Assembly: GCA_030704615.1 (NCBI GenBank)
Contig: CM060731.1
Coordinates: 57,970,001 to 58,034,000, forward strand
Source of the DNA: Takakia lepidozioides
Lineage: Eukaryota > Plantae > Bryophyta
Direction: 5' to 3'
Length of the DNA: 64,000 nt
This document shows, in pieces, positions 1 through 14,290 of this stretch. How positions within the stretch are numbered: the stretch's first letter is position 1; each line of letters begins with the position of its first letter. The notes under the pieces were generated by a model that made no database searches, had not been told where the DNA came from, and worked only from the letters and a program-made list of their open reading frames with translations. The position numbers and the translations under genes were made by a program.

Positions 1-1653
1 CATCACTCAAAACTCTTAATTACAGACCTTGTAATTCAAACTCATCTCAACACCAAGCACCATACCTTGAGGAAAAATCAGCTTGATAAGGACAGACTTG
101 TTGCATATCATTTGGGTTACACATTTGCAGCTGCCATCTAGTTTGGAATAAACTGTACTAATTCCAGCTATTTGCCTCAAAATAATACCCGATGTATTCT
201 CGATGTGGAGCTCCATAGTGTATATGGACATTAGAACCGTCATCAGATTGTGCCTGACCTTGTGTCATGACAGCTAGCTCTGCTTCCACCCAAGGGGATG
301 TTGCCTGACTTTCGATCCAAAGGACCTCCCTTGTGGTATTATGTCTGAAGTCTGCTGACATTTGATCTGCCTGTGAAAACCACCTCTGTGCAGCTGAGCA
401 ACCATAGCTTTAGACACAGCCTGGACCAGGCTCCAAACAACTAAGCCTACAAGCATTACTTCAAACGACAGGCAATAACTTTGATAAACAACTTCGTGGA
501 TGGAGGACCAACTGATTCACAACACAATGAATACATCTTATGCGAAAGAATCAATTGTACCGGAAGGTGCAGATAATTCAGGAGATACCGAAGGCAGTAA
601 TGCAGAAGGACAAATCTGTAACATATAATCGCCTTCCTCTACAGCCCTTTGAGGACCATCCTGCGGACTTCTTTGACCGAAATCGGTGTAGTCTCTGCTT
701 CTGTTGGTCAAGGACAATTTGAAGCCCACTTCGCTCCAACGTACCGAATTTTGAAGCCCATTGAAAAAACCAATGAGTTTCATGCCTGTATCTTTCTTCG
801 ATTTCCCTGGAGGATTTGGGTGGCGTCAAGTCATTACTTGCAAGGCTATGGGGCCCGGCATTGCCAAGATGAATGCCCATTGCAGCTCCACAGCCTGCCC
901 CTTCACTCTGCTGCGTGATGTGCTGCCTCCCACGAATTCATCCCGAGAAGAAAGTAGACCCCCTGGTATAGCCTCTCCCTGCACAAAAACTGCCACCATC
1001 CCTGTACATGCAAGGAACTAAACCCTAAACCAACCCTCTGCAAGATAAAGATAAAACCCACATCCTCAATGATAGATTGGATCTACCTACTTCAAACACT
1101 AGACCTCATTGGAAATATCATCGTCCCTAATGTAGTAGAGCAGTTAGAAAACCCAAATTGCTGGCTACTTTCGGCCCCAACATGCTTCGCTTGGCCAAAA
1201 CAACAATGCTCACTCTTAAAATTCCTCTTATGACTCTCGGGCCCCCGTACTGACTATTGGGCACTCGAAACTGCCACATGGACATTGAGTTTCCCATTGA
1301 AAGCCCACGTCTGCTTGAATTTCCAAAGAAAGTAAGTTCCATGAACGATTCCAACCACAAGACATGTTGGGTGCTCGTCGGCGGTGTGAATTTAGCCTAC
1401 CGCAACTACCATCGTTAGTGCCGACCGCCCAATCGTAGACGACAATGAAATTCATAAGAGGTCTGAGTACTGCGCCATCGAAAGCGATAAATGCGAGAGT
1501 GTTGCTTCAATTCCGCCACAACGCTTGTGCTCAACTTGGATCCAAACTCCGGCGTAAAAACCTCCAAAAATTTTCCGAGTGGATTTCTGGAGGGCCTTGC
1601 TTTCCGGCTTTTCGTTTCCTGTACCGCGAAATGGTCCTGAAATGGTCATGCAG

Positions 1654-4058
1654 GAATTTTGGGACTCGTCATTTGATCAACATGTGTCGATTGATTTGCC
1701 TGCCTTGGTTTCTTATGTCTACGGGAGAACTGGCACTCCAGTTCATTATGTGGGTCACTCTCTGGTAATACATCGCGCACCGGATTCTGTTCTAAGTGGT
1801 CACCAAATTCCATTCTGTCAAATTCTAGACTCTAGCATGTCTTACCAGCCGCCGCGTATTGAAAGTTGTACATCGGGGAGGTGGGCAGCACATACATATG
1901 TTAGAGGCTGGTCGAGATGTCATTCTACAATTCAAGATAATTGTTATATCCACCTGAATCAATTTACATCTTGACTGTCGTCTAGTTTGGCTAAACTTAA
2001 AGACATGGGACTAAGTAATCGAGATGTATCATGCTACACAGGGAAAAGGATCTCAACTGAATTTGAGCTGAATTCAGATAGAACGACAAACATACTCCTG
2101 GCACCTACTTCAAACGACAAGCATAATCTGGAGTTGATTCCTTGTAACTGGTTGCTAACTAGCAGTCAAAATCATGATGAAGCTATCCATTCAAGTTGAA
2201 ATCGTTCTAAAGGAATTCAAATGTTATAAGTGTATTCTGTCCATGCAGTGAGGTGGGAGGTGCTCTGCTGGGCGTGGCGTGCAAACAGCCCGGTTTGGAC
2301 TGCATTCATCTATTATCATTTGTGACATGTGCTAATTTGTTGCCCCATCTCTGATCAGACACATTCCCTTGGCCCTCGGACATAACCAGACTGAATACAC
2401 CCACTTTAGATAACACCGATCCAGGGTCGAGAAGATTGCAAGTACTTTGCTTAATTAGCTTGCTCCTGTCATATGGATGCAGCCCCGATTTGTGGATGCA
2501 AATTGAACTCTGTCGATGAAAGACGAGAGATCGGGGCCTTGGAGTCGAAGTTGCTAGTGGGAGAATGGATCTTTCAATTTGATATAACAGTGACATATAT
2601 ATACCTATATGATGCTGAAGTTTTTCCCCGAGTTTTTCTTTCTTTTTGGGCTGCATAGGTCTTAGTGAGGCTGAGCCTTCTAATTCTCTTGATCATACAA
2701 GGGCATAACTGCTGTTTCAGCTCTTCGAGGGCTGGTTGTTACTTGCAAATCGAGCCACAATCCACGTCGACTAAGAACATGCAACATCTCTCACAGAGTA
2801 AGGCCTTCTCATCACTTGCCCTGCCCAGCAACTCATACATTTTATTCACTCATCGTGTCTTATTACATAAAATTTATTTTGATGAACTTCTCTAAGTGCC
2901 ATATACAGGAACATTGCATAGCCACAACATAGAGACCTGCTTACATTATTGCTAGTGTTCTCCCAATCTCCTTTGTTTTCTGGCTATTTTACAATTGTTA
3001 TGCAGCACAAAAGTATTCTAAGTTGTAAGAGAATAGATTCTTAGAATACGGAAGGCTACTCGTGAGGGTTAAGTTTTCAACAACGGTTGATCATTTCTAG
3101 TTAGGTTTAGTCTTCAACAAGGAGCAGTTCCCGAGCTGTAGAGTGGAACATGATGGGTTGGTCGCCAAGAATCTGACCTCTCCAATAGATCCCGTTATCT
3201 ACGAATGTCACTACCATATGGTATGGAATGATCAAGCTTTGTAGTATGGTGCATGTTCCACAGTCTTCAAAAGGATGGACCGTGCCAAAGTTTTTTCCAC
3301 AAAATTTTCTTATGTATAATAAGAAGTATAAATCACCCGGCGTAGCTCCAACCCAAATCCACTAATCATAAGCTATTATGTTTAACCCGGAATTCAGCTT
3401 CAAAGGATCTAGATAGCTATTATGCGGGCGGCCCCTGCTGATTATACTTGGGAGACGTTGCCGGCCCAGGCTTCCTGGGGGGTTATTGCACTTGCCTGAT
3501 CTTGAGTCCAAGGAACTGTACGACGTGCCGCCATACCCCATCCTTTTCGAGCTGCACTGTGTGCTCCGTAGAAATCTTCTGTTCTTGATGCATTGTTAAA
3601 TTGAACTCGTTCTTTCTAAGATGGACTTTAATCAGTCTGACATCTATGTAAGTCCATCAATTGAGTCTGGACATGCTGTCGATATCAAAAAATTGGATTC
3701 ATTAGATCCATATCTAGTGCTGACTCCTGATAATAACATGAAATGTTGCTGTGGTCCGGAGTGGCGGCTTCAACATGTTCGACAACGGGGCAGTTGGCAA
3801 TCTGGCGAGCTACCAGCAGCTAACCCCTCCTGCATATGATCTGGCAGCGATCCCGGAGTCATTTCACATACTTCTGGCGCATGGAGGAGCTGATGCATTG
3901 TCCGATCCTCTTGATGTGGGACTCCTGCAAAATGCTCTGGTGTGCGACGTGCAGACAATTTTCATCCCCGACCATGCAGACATTGATTCGCTTTGAGTAC
4001 TCGAGCCTGAGCTGACCTAGCTGTATCCCTTGGTCGTTTCCGATATCCAAGCCCACTA
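1654..4058 (+). pseudogene. Triacylglycerol lipase (alpha/beta-hydrolase, LIP1/LIP2-like) remnant
   Basis: AG/GT-bounded exon 1654-1764 encodes FWDSSFDQHVSIDLPALVSYVYGRTGTPVHYVGHSL (GHSxG nucleophile elbow). Terminal exon ~3751-4058 encodes FDNGAVGNLASYQQLTPPAYDL...HGGADALSDPLDV, but the catalytic-His motif reads DHADIDSL and is followed by stops. Middle exons were not found. Confidence 0.7.
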
Positions 4059-4846
4059 ACTACAATTGCACAAGTTTAAGCTACGTGCCTTTCGTTCATC
4101 TACTTCGGAGTCCTCATAAACGTCTGAAACAACATACATTGACAGAATTATCCTAGGTTTCCTGGACACCTAACAAGTTTGAAAAGAAGAAGATACAGAC
4201 ACAGATCTTGCAAGATCTAGCTAGATAGTATAAGTGCAAGGCTTATTGCAGGGTATTCCTGGCAGCTCCCACTTAATTATAAAGCAGGATGTTGGGGTAT
4301 AAATCAGTACGAGCGGCTTCGAGTGGAGCCAAGTCCATACATGAAATAAACTAGAAAGCGGAAATCCTGCATGTGCTTATACCAATCAGAGTACTGCCGT
4401 AAGAATACTTTGTCGATAATTTTCTTAGATCTGTGGACTTGGATCATGAAAACTCAAGCTATTACAAACTTGGCATACTTTCCCTCTTCAGATCGGCACC
4501 TATGTGTCTTCCAATCGCTAGACCGCAGCTCCCACTGCGATCCCTCACACGCACTTCATCTCTTCCACTCTTGAATCCCAGTAGCAAATAACTCGTTACC
4601 ACCAAAATGAGACAGTGCGTGGGCTGGTGTTTCCTCGGAAATAAAAGTGAGTAAATGAAAAGAAAAGAAAAAAAAAAAAAAAAAAAACTCCATGTAACAC
4701 ACAGTATGATTTGGAGTCCACCGAAATTTCAGACTCCCAAAAAACGGCGAGAAATTGTTGCCGCGGATCAGCTGCGGTGACCGCGGCGCCGATATGTGCC
4801 GCAACTCTTGCCGGGCGAGGGTGGTAGCGATGCGCGCCACCCGCCT

Positions 4847-4858
4847 CTCTATATATGA
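4847..4858 (+). promoter_or_regulatory. Putative TATA box of the expansin gene
   Basis: ctctatatatga about 270 bp upstream of the ATG at 5122, after a GC-rich patch. Confidence 0.35.
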
Positions 4859-5121
4859 GCAGCTCATGCACTGCCATCTCTCATCAGTCTGTGCCAGCTC
4901 TTTCTACTTGGATCATCGTGCTATATGTCTTGTAGCTGAGCCGGTTCACGAGAGTTCAGTTCTAATACTCTGACTAGATTGATTATAGAGCTGGTGCATG
5001 TGTGAACACCCAATATTTGCAGGCGGCCAGCTCGGGTGTTGAGTCAGTTTTGTTCCGTTCTCAGTGTTGAATCGACAGTTTGTTCCCTTCTCTTTTCGAG
5101 CAATTCAATCAAATCTATAGG

Positions 5122-6688
5122 ATGGCGGCTGCTCCAATGCGCCTACCTTTGGCACTTGTTCTGTTCTGCATTGCAAGTCTGCAGCTGCAGTTACATTGTC
5201 AGACCGTGAGTGCCAGTGGTTATGACACTACTTGGAGATCCGCTCGAGCGACTTGGTACGGAGGTGCAGATGGAGATGGATCAGATGGTATGGACATTCG
5301 ATTTTTGACATTAACCATTTCTAGATTCTACCTCGGCCGCATGAGGAAAGTGAATGTCGGCAAGACATTTTCTCCCAGTGCTACACGACAGACTCTCTGT
5401 TATAACGCAATTAATGGGTTTGAAGGTTCCGACTAATTACTTGGAAGTATTGTTGTAATTAAGTAATCAAATGACAGGTGGGCGATGGTGCTTTTAATCA
5501 TGTGCAGGAGGTAACTGTGGCTACGGAACTCTTTCAGGCTCACCATACGGAAGTAGCATTGCTGCTGGGAGTGCCCCTATTTATGACAGTGGCTTTGGGT
5601 GTGGAGCCTGTTATGAGATCCAGTGCTCAGACAGCCTCTGCAAACCAACACCGACCAATGTGGTCATCACAGATCTGTGCCCTGGTGGCGAATTCTGCGG
5701 TAATGGCCAAACGCACTTCGACCTCAGTGGCACTGCTTTCGGCGAGATGGCCACTTCCGGTCAAGCGGATGCTCTGCGCACGGTTGGTGTTCTCAATATT
5801 CAGTTCAAGAGGTGCGTTGATTCAGACCCTGGAAGATTTCAGTTCGAACATATGGAAGTCTTGAAACACAGGGTCTCTTACCTTACTCTTAGCTAATAAA
5901 GTCATACGCGAGTAGTTGCCGATCACTTGATACAGTCATTTTCACTCATTGGCTAGGTCTGATGACTACTAAAAATCTAGCCTGGACTGGTCATGCAGAT
6001 GATCGCGTAGTCTTGCAAAGTACCAGTGATTCCTCGATGTGATAAAACCAAGTCACGTAACTGCTAGGTACTCGAGTGCAACATCAATCGTTTTCATCTT
6101 TCTTAGAAGAGAGCTCAAAGATCAATACACTACATGACGTTTTTTCATGATGCAGGGTTCCATGCTCGTATTCTAGCCAACTCGTTACCTTTACAGTGGA
6201 TTCCGGATCCAATTCAGTTTGGATCTCTTTGATTGTGAAATACGAGGCAGGACCAGGCGACTTGCAATCTGTTGACATCCAAGAGGTTTGTACTCATGAT
6301 CCTGATATGTTTTATTTCTCAATAACGTCTTCGTAACATGTGTATTTCGTCAGCATCCCATTTCGATCGGATTCTTATTATAGTAGTTGGAGGATACATG
6401 TCATGGCACGTTAAGCAGTTCCGTCGTTGATCATATTTACTGTGAATACAGTGCTTAATCTGATCAGTTTATACGCACGTGCAGGCTGGAAGCTCTCAGT
6501 GGCAGTCCATGACCCACAACTGGGGTGCTAACTGGGAGTTTCAATCCACTACGGGATCTGCTCTCCAAGGACCTCTTTCGATTCGATTGACTGCCAAACT
6601 CGACGGCCAGGTGGTTGTTGCCACTAATGTGATCCCAAACAACTATGCACCTGGGGCAAGCTACCCGTCTTCTATGCAATTCCAATGA
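5122..6688 (+). CDS. EXPB: Beta-expansin, 4 exons (5122-5287, 5508-5811, 6156-6285, 6485-6688), 267 aa
   Basis: Signal peptide, ATWYG, GGNCGYG, GCGACYEIQC, TDLCPGG, HFDLSGTAFG and a C-terminal W-rich CBM63 domain (WQSMTHNWGANW). All introns are GT-AG with consistent phase; spliced length is 804 nt. Confidence 0.95.
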
Positions 6689-9354
6689 TCTCGCAGTCTA
6701 TTCATTGTCCTTTTAGTCCCATAGCTTTAGCTTAGAGCGCATCTTCAGCTTGCAAAATCATAGAGCCATATATTAAAGTAGGCGGTCAACAGAATCACAC
6801 AATGTAGACGTATTCTTTATATATATAAAACGTGAAATTTTCCATCAAGCAGCTGTACAGGACTTGGGAGGAATTTAGGCATTCTCGAGTTCTCCTCTGT
6901 TGCTGTAGATCCATAGTTACTTTGTTCTTCTACGAATCTGCTCGAACAACTGCCTATTTTCATTACTGTTTGCTCAGGACTGTGTTTGCTACGAGGTACT
7001 GAACTAAATTAATGTTCAAGTCTGGTGGGCTCTCCTCTCTGACTTATATAATTAGGATGCTTCCTTTTGACTCAGTGTCAGCTCTAGTGAGCTTATTCCG
7101 GATTAAATCTGAAAGATATTTTCAACTCAAGCGCAAAATCCCAACCAGCAAACTGATTTCATAGTCTAATATTTTTTGACTCAGTGCAAATTGTAGCCTC
7201 CGTTTTGCAGATTTCTCTTGAGACTTTCTGGGGGAAAGAAAGTGCTCACCCATTGCTTGAGTTTTATACCTATAAAATGGAGTTAAATAAAGTTTTTTCT
7301 TTTTGCGTCGTAAAACAAATACGGGTAATTTCTTAGCCTAAAGCCCCACTGTAATTGTGAGTGAAATAAGCAAAATATGGAGAGTAAATTTAATATAACT
7401 CATCAAAGGTTAAACCACATATTGTTGCTCCCTTGGATTTTGCACTGAATTGCCACCCAAGGAGGTTCTGAAATCCTGCTACCAGCTAGTTTTTGTGTGC
7501 TATTATCTTCTCCCCTTTATGTAAAGCCAAATGATCAAGTGTTTCTTGTTTCAATACACTTTGCCTCAATTTCAATATATACCTCTTAAAAAAATTAAAA
7601 CAAGCCTCACAGAGCAATTGGCTCTCTTGCTTTGCTTTGGCACAACATAAGAGGAAGGTAAGACTAGGGAGCATGACTCAGCACAACACACCAATCAGCT
7701 CCTTGACATGGTGTAAGGTCCTTTGACCACATTTTCTCCATTGACTTGAATGTCTCCGCAGAGTCTCTCTCTAAAAGAGAGCCAATAAAGAGTGGAAGTA
7801 GCCCTCAGTAAATTTTTATTGATAAGGGGAAAAAATAAGGCCATGAATTACCTTTTCCCCTTTTGAATAACCCTCACAAAATAAATTAGATCGCAAATAT
7901 CTTCCTAAGATTCCTTCAGAAGATGCTTGTGCTCAGAGAGTAGCGTCATAGAAAGCTATTTAGTGAGGAGGGATTTAGTGAGGCATGATATCTTGGTCAA
8001 ATGACACCCTAGGAAAGCCAAATAGATCCTTACATATTTATACTCACTACATATTATTTGGTAGCGTCTAGTAGCACATTGACTCAATGAAACAGGCTTG
8101 ATTGTTGGACCACAACAGTTTATTTAATTATTGATTATACAACAAATAACTTGATAACGTGCCAGATTCTTTTATAATACCTCCAGGCTATCAAATGAGG
8201 GAAATCAATCTCCCTGCCTGCCTTGCAAGTTCAATGCTGATTAAACTTCAGTCTTGGAACAGTTACAAAGCCATTGTCTTTTACGTTCTACATGATTCGA
8301 CAAACTTTCGATTACGCAATCATCACCAGGGGTGCTTGGATGGCCGATAATGGTCGCCCATTTACATCACCCAAGGCCTGTCGGTCCTTCAATTGCCATT
8401 TTGGCGGTCTCTCTTGTTTCAGTCTGGGCTCATCCATCATCTTCTATGATGTGTATTTTGCCTTATGGCATCTTTCAGGGTTTAATTTTTCCCTCCTTCA
8501 ATAAAGTAATTGGCCAACGCCTTTTATTTATTTATTTATTTATTTTAAACTTGATATTTGGTTACCGGGTAGTTTCCTTCACGGCCTGAAAGGTGGTTAT
8601 TTTTTCCACCAAAACAATTCCTATGTTTTCTATGGACTTTTATGTCCAATTGCTATCAAGTTAATTGAGGCCATTGTCCCTCTTTCAAAAAAAAAAAACT
8701 TGAGAGTCACATACAAGGCTCCACGGTCACATATGTATGTGTATACGCAAGTCGCACTATACAGCCCACCCCTGGAAGGGACAGGCTGAAGTGGCTCTTA
8801 GTTGGAAGTCTTCTCGTCTTCTCCTTCTCTAGTTCAATTTACAATAAACCTAGTACAAATATAGCAATATATCTAATCCAGAAAACAAATTGCTGCAAAT
8901 TTTCTAAATCATGACTTCAGAATTCAGCTCTTACAGGTTGTCTGGTTCAGGGTCTAGGGGATGTGTGTTCCGATCTGGCGCCAGGTTCTGCACATTCAGA
9001 CTCTTGACATGGTTACTTCTCTCGGTTTCTCTGCTCCTTTGTGGTGTATGCAGCTATAGCACTGGGGTGGTTGCCCCCTCGCTTGTAGAAGCCAGCTCCA
9101 TGGCTTCTATAGGTTATTTTTTCCTCTTTTAGTGCACTGCAGGGTCTCCTCCCCTTCTTGAATAAAATAAAAATGAAAACAAAATAAAATTCTGCGTATG
9201 GTGGGGCTACATGGTTCCCAAAGACTCAAATATTTAAAAACTCTTTGAACATTAATCTAAGGCACTCGTGAGCTACACTTGATAAGAAGTAAGAAATGTT
9301 TATGGAAGTGAAGCAAAGTTTATTGGCTCCTCTTTATTCTAAAGAGGAAACAAC

Positions 9355-9885
9355 TAGTGTTGGTCTGATATTTGGGTTTCGCCGGGTATAAACCCGGGCA
9401 TCAACCCGGGTATCTCATAACCTAACCTACTGCTCTTTGTTCCGGGAAACTTTCGCAGTACCTTACCCAAAAGGTTCTCGAGTTCCCTGGCGGCCCCGCA
9501 AAACCTAACAAGCGGCGGTTAGGGTTCTCCTTTCCCCGCCCCCTACCAGAGCTCAATTCGTCGCTACAAATCTGGTAGGGTATCATGTTGATATGCACAT
9601 ATAGACATTATGGATGCAGGGTTCCAAGGGTTTATGAACGCCTCTTTTGGCAGCTTCGGCGGCTTGCTTAGGCTTGCTTACATATGATATTTCCAGGTTA
9701 TTGGCATTCAGATACCATTGTCATATCCGGACTGATTTTTTTTTTAAACCCACATATGCATACCAGATTGATACTTGAAATTCAGGGGTTGCATTATTGG
9801 AAAACCTACCTGCCTTAAAAAAGAGTGGGCACTACATACCAGGACCCTTCTGGTATTTCCAATTCAAAATACCATACCAACACTG
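9355..9885. mobile_element. hAT-type MITE (531 bp)
   Basis: TIRs TAGTGTTGGT.../...ACCAACACTG flanked by 8-bp TSD GAAACAAC (9347-9354, 9886-9893). Confidence 0.8.
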
Positions 9886-10475
9886 GAAACAACCCATCCA
9901 TGTCAAAAATCTCTAAGCACCTGTTGTACCTTCCCCAGGTCCTCTCTTTTTCTTTTGCTGAATAATTACTTCCCATGATGTGCCTCTCCTCCTCTCTTTT
10001 ACTGAAAAACTACTTCCATGCCGCTCCTAATTCTCTAGGTAAAACTTCCTTCATGTTAAAATCTTCAACTTATGAGAAATAATAGATGAATTTTTAAGTT
10101 TACTATGAATGCCAATAGATTCCACTATTCACCTAGCTGCTTGTTAGAATTGAGGGAAATAGAAAGTGATCATTCAGTTTTTCATACCTCTATCCTAAGG
10201 TGATAGAGAGAGAGACAGACGCCGGCCTGGGCCGACATAACTATGAGCCGCTTCACCTTAAGGCGATATTGCTAACTTAATCTAATATTGTGAGATTAAT
10301 AGAGTTGGTGTATTTAGACTAAGAGGACACTATGCATAAGTGCCAAAATCAGACTGATTTCTATTACGAGTACTCCTCCTTGGTTATATGGAAAACAACA
10401 TATAAACAGGTGACCATAAGATGATGAAAATTACATAAAGTGGCCAACTTTAGTAGTGATTGAATTATTCACTAA

Positions 10476-10808
10476 GAGCATCTCCATCGGGGGTCCCTAA
10501 ATGCCCCTGCAACGGCCAAGGAGCGCCCGGCCTTGGTATCCGCGCCCCCGGGCCCGTACTTTCATGCAGGATAGAGGCCCGCCAGACCCGGCCGGTACAT
10601 GCTGGAGCGACTAAAAACCCTACTACCTGCATTTATGGCATGAGGGTAAGGCGGCGTCAGTTGAGGTGGTCCCTCCCGAACAAGGCACCTCAGCCGAAAA
10701 GACATGTGCAGGGTAGTTTGATGGGGTTGCTGCTGGGGAGGGGAGTGTTGGAGGCCGCTGGAGGTTACCGTCGCAGGGTTGTTTGGTGTACCCCCGGTGG
10801 AGATGCTC
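10476..10808. mobile_element. PIF/Harbinger (Tourist-like) MITE (333 bp)
   Basis: 19-bp TIR GAGCATCTCCA(T/C)CGGGGGT with 18/19 match, TAA TSD on both sides. Confidence 0.9.
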
Positions 10809-11256
10809 TAAGGAGGAACCATTGTATTGCGCAACCTAGTAACTTGTTTACTTCATTTATTTTTATTTTTTTGAAGGATTCATTCCGATATCATGGCCTC
10901 TGTCCCCTGTTTCGTTAAAAGGATTTAAAAAAATAAACCCCGATATATCATACCATATCCCTATAGCCGGTTAGGAATTTTACGCCTCATAATTATTAAA
11001 AACAAACTGATGCATTAGGCATGTTCCCAAACTATATCTTGGCAATTATGGTGTATCTAGTGACCCCTAGTAAAAGAAGATGCGAGATATTAATTGATAA
11101 AAAAGATCATAGAAGGGTGAGCTTCAGGAGAGCTATGTCTTAGAGGATTGTGAGAGACGCTACAAAAATAGAGATAGATTTGATTGAGCTCGTTAGGACA
11201 TAATTTATTTATTTTTTTGAGTTTTTGAATTCTTGTTGTTATAATCAAACGTAAGT

Positions 11257-12846
11257 ATGATAGCTACAATTCGCCTATCTTTTATATCTGTTGTTCTGTT
11301 TTGCATTGTGAGCATGCATATGGAGTTATATTGTCAGACGGTGATTGCTAGGTGGTTATGACAATACTTGGAAAGCAGCTCCCCGCAACTTGGTACGAAG
11401 ATGCAAATGGAGACGGATCAGATGGTATGGACTTTCTAGTATTCCTAACATTAGTCATTTGCAAATCGTACCTTGTAGAGACACAAAAAAAATTGAATTC
11501 CTCTGGAGTTTATCACCCGGTACCACACGCCCTTTTTCGAATGATTTTGACTATGAAATTAAAATGATAAGCATACGATGATTCTTTTAATCATGTGTAG
11601 GAGGTAATTGTGGGTACGGCACTCTTTCAAGCTCACCATATGGAAGCAGCATTGCTGCTGGGAGTGCCTCTATTTTCCAAAATGGCATTGGGTGTGAAGC
11701 CCAGTGTTATGAGATCCAATGCTCAGACAACCTTTGCAAATCCACACCAAGCAATGTGGTCATCACAGATTTGTGCCCTGGTGGTGAATTATGCAACTAA
11801 AAGCACTTCGACTTGAGTGGCATTGCTTTCGGCGAAATGGCTAATTCTGATCAAGAAGATGCTCTACGCACACTTGGTGTTCTCAACATTCAGTTCAAAA
11901 AGTGCGTTCCAAGGAAATAATTAGACCTAGAAGATTTTAATGATCTAAAATATGAAAGTTTTGAACCATAGGTCTCTTATCTTACTATGACAAATTTTTA
12001 TACTAGTTAGTTATGGCATTTGCATGAGTCGTTATCATGCATTCGCATTCAGCAGATTCATTTTCACCAATACTACAATCGTTTCAGTCAAGACTCATTG
12101 GCTCGGTGTTATAATTAATAAAATCATACTTAATAACATCAAGTGACTAATCATAATGATTGCGGAGTCGTATAGATTGATTGCATAGTTTAACATAAAT
12201 CGTTTTGATCTTGTTTGAAGAAGACTATGTAAAATTCAAATATCAATGCTATATGATATTTTTTCCACGTGTGATGCGGAGTTGCATGCTCGTATCCTTC
12301 TAGCCAACATATCACATTTACAGTGGATTTTGGATCCACTTCAGGTTGGGTTGCTTTTGTTGTGAAATATGTGGCATGGCCAGGTGACTTACAAGCTGTT
12401 GACAACAAGGAGGTTCGTAGCACTCATGACCCTGACATGTTTTCCGTTAGTGGAATTTTTTTTTTGTGTGTATATAACGTCTTCGTCACATGTATATTAA
12501 TTTCAATATTCCAAAAAATCAATGAAAATCTTAACTATACTATGTGGATATTGTATATCAATGTATATATATACAGTTGTATAATAAGTCACTTCGATAT
12601 ATTGACTTTGATCAAGTTCAATGTTTAATTATATGATCAATTTGTTGTGCAGGTTGGAAGCTCTCAGTGGCAGTCCATGACCCACAACTAGGGTGCTAAC
12701 TGGGAGATTCAATCCATTGTTGGATCTGCTCTCCAAAGACCTCTTTCTATTCGGTTGACTGCCAAACTCGATGGCCAAGTGGTTGTTGTGAATACAACTC
12801 TGCACCCGGTGCAATCTACACTTCTTCTGAGCAATTCCATGAATGA
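11257..12846 (+). pseudogene. Beta-expansin tandem duplicate, pseudogene
   Basis: Same four exons and intron positions as 5122-6688, with frameshifts, deletions and TGG>TAG (cacaactag, ~12688). Confidence 0.9.
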
Positions 12847-13176
12847 TCTACTTGCAGCCTATTCATTGTCTTTTTAGTCAATCATTGATTTAGCTTCAAA
12901 CGCATCTACTTCAGTTTTCTATGCAGAAATATTTTGAACATAGAATCATAGTATGGAGCTTAAAAGTAGGTGGTGAATGTCAAAAATCAACAGAGAAACG
13001 TATACGACAGAGACGTGCTATCACTGGGCAGAGGGGCACGGCGCTTCCGCGGCAACATTGGTGAGGAAGTTTTTGAAGGGTGCGGCGGGGGTGGTGGGGG
13101 GGTAGTAGCAGGGGTAGGAGCAGCGCGGGCGGGAGCAGTGGATAGGGCGGTTGGGGAGGAGGGGGAAGCGGGGGAT

Positions 13177-14290
13177 TCACTCCTGATGGGGGAAGAAGTA
13201 CAACCCGATGGAGGTTGGAATTTTTGTGTCGTCCATCTTTTGGATGTTTGCAGAACTCACCAAAGTCAGACATGAACTGTCTGTGATCCACATCGATGTG
13301 GAGGTTCTCAAGACCTTGATGGAGGTGCAAGGAGAAACCAGATTTAGCACCCCATAAAACTCTTGTTCTTTTTCAAACAATTCACTTGGAGAGCTCTAGA
13401 CTACACAACGAAGAATTTATACTAGTTGTCAATGAATTGCCATTGTAAATAGACACAAATAGCGTCCTTTGCTTCGTAGTAAATGAACAACAACAGAAGA
13501 AATCTTGTTGTAGCGGTGATGCATGTCATTGTGGAGAAATGTGACTTTGGGAGAGGTTGGTTTTGAATTAGTGATGGTTTACTTCAGGTATCTCATTGAC
13601 TATGTTCAGCACAAACAACACAATCCAAATTACATTGTTATAAGTGTATTATATGAAAGATATAATGAGATGTCCATTCATTGAGAGGGAGAAAGAAATA
13701 AGCTTAAAATAAACTTTATAACATTATATCCATATGGTTCCTTTTCAATAATCCCCGCGCCTTTACGTTCGTTGAGACTTAGAGTGGATAACTATTTTGG
13801 GCATTTGTTGATGTAATCATCCGGACAACCACTTCACTAATATCTTAGACAAATAAAAGCATGTAATCATCTTTGGGAAATCGCTAAATAAAATCAGTCT
13901 TGTAGTACATAACATTAATATGCGATTGCATGTATCTAGCTTAATTCTAAACTTACTAGAGGTTAGAGGAGATATAAACACTCAAGCTAATTAAGATAGA
14001 GATAAAATAATTAAAGTAGGAAGAGATGACAACCTCTTCGATATTTTTTGTATCAAAAATAGAAATAAGTACGAACGATTGAGATTGAGTAATGATGAGT
14101 AAGAATTAATGATTTTTTGGTGCTGGTGCAAATGCACAAGATGAATCTTAAAATGTGCTGATGTGTTGATTTCTGCCACACAGAACTTGAAGGATAATTT
14201 CAAAGACTTGGTCGCAAGGTTGCAAAGTATAACAAAGAATTTACTGTATTTAGAAAAGCCAAATAGGATCATGACTTGATACTATACTGT
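13177..14290 (-). mobile_element. Possible highly degraded Ty1/copia remnant
   Basis: MWITDSSC resembles the copia protease WIxDSG motif, and MILFGFSKYSKFFVILCNLATKSLKLS resembles the integrase-adjacent SH3 motif. The two motifs are not in canonical order and no LTRs were found. Confidence 0.25.

Noticed and set aside
16-1021. Overlapping short ORFs at the window start
   Set aside because: No recognisable motif; may be a decayed gene but cannot be supported
1020-1030. Telomere-like aaaccctaa
   Set aside because: Isolated single copies, not an array
7440-7800. Possible LINE RT remnant on the minus strand
   Set aside because: Only a faint motif resemblance
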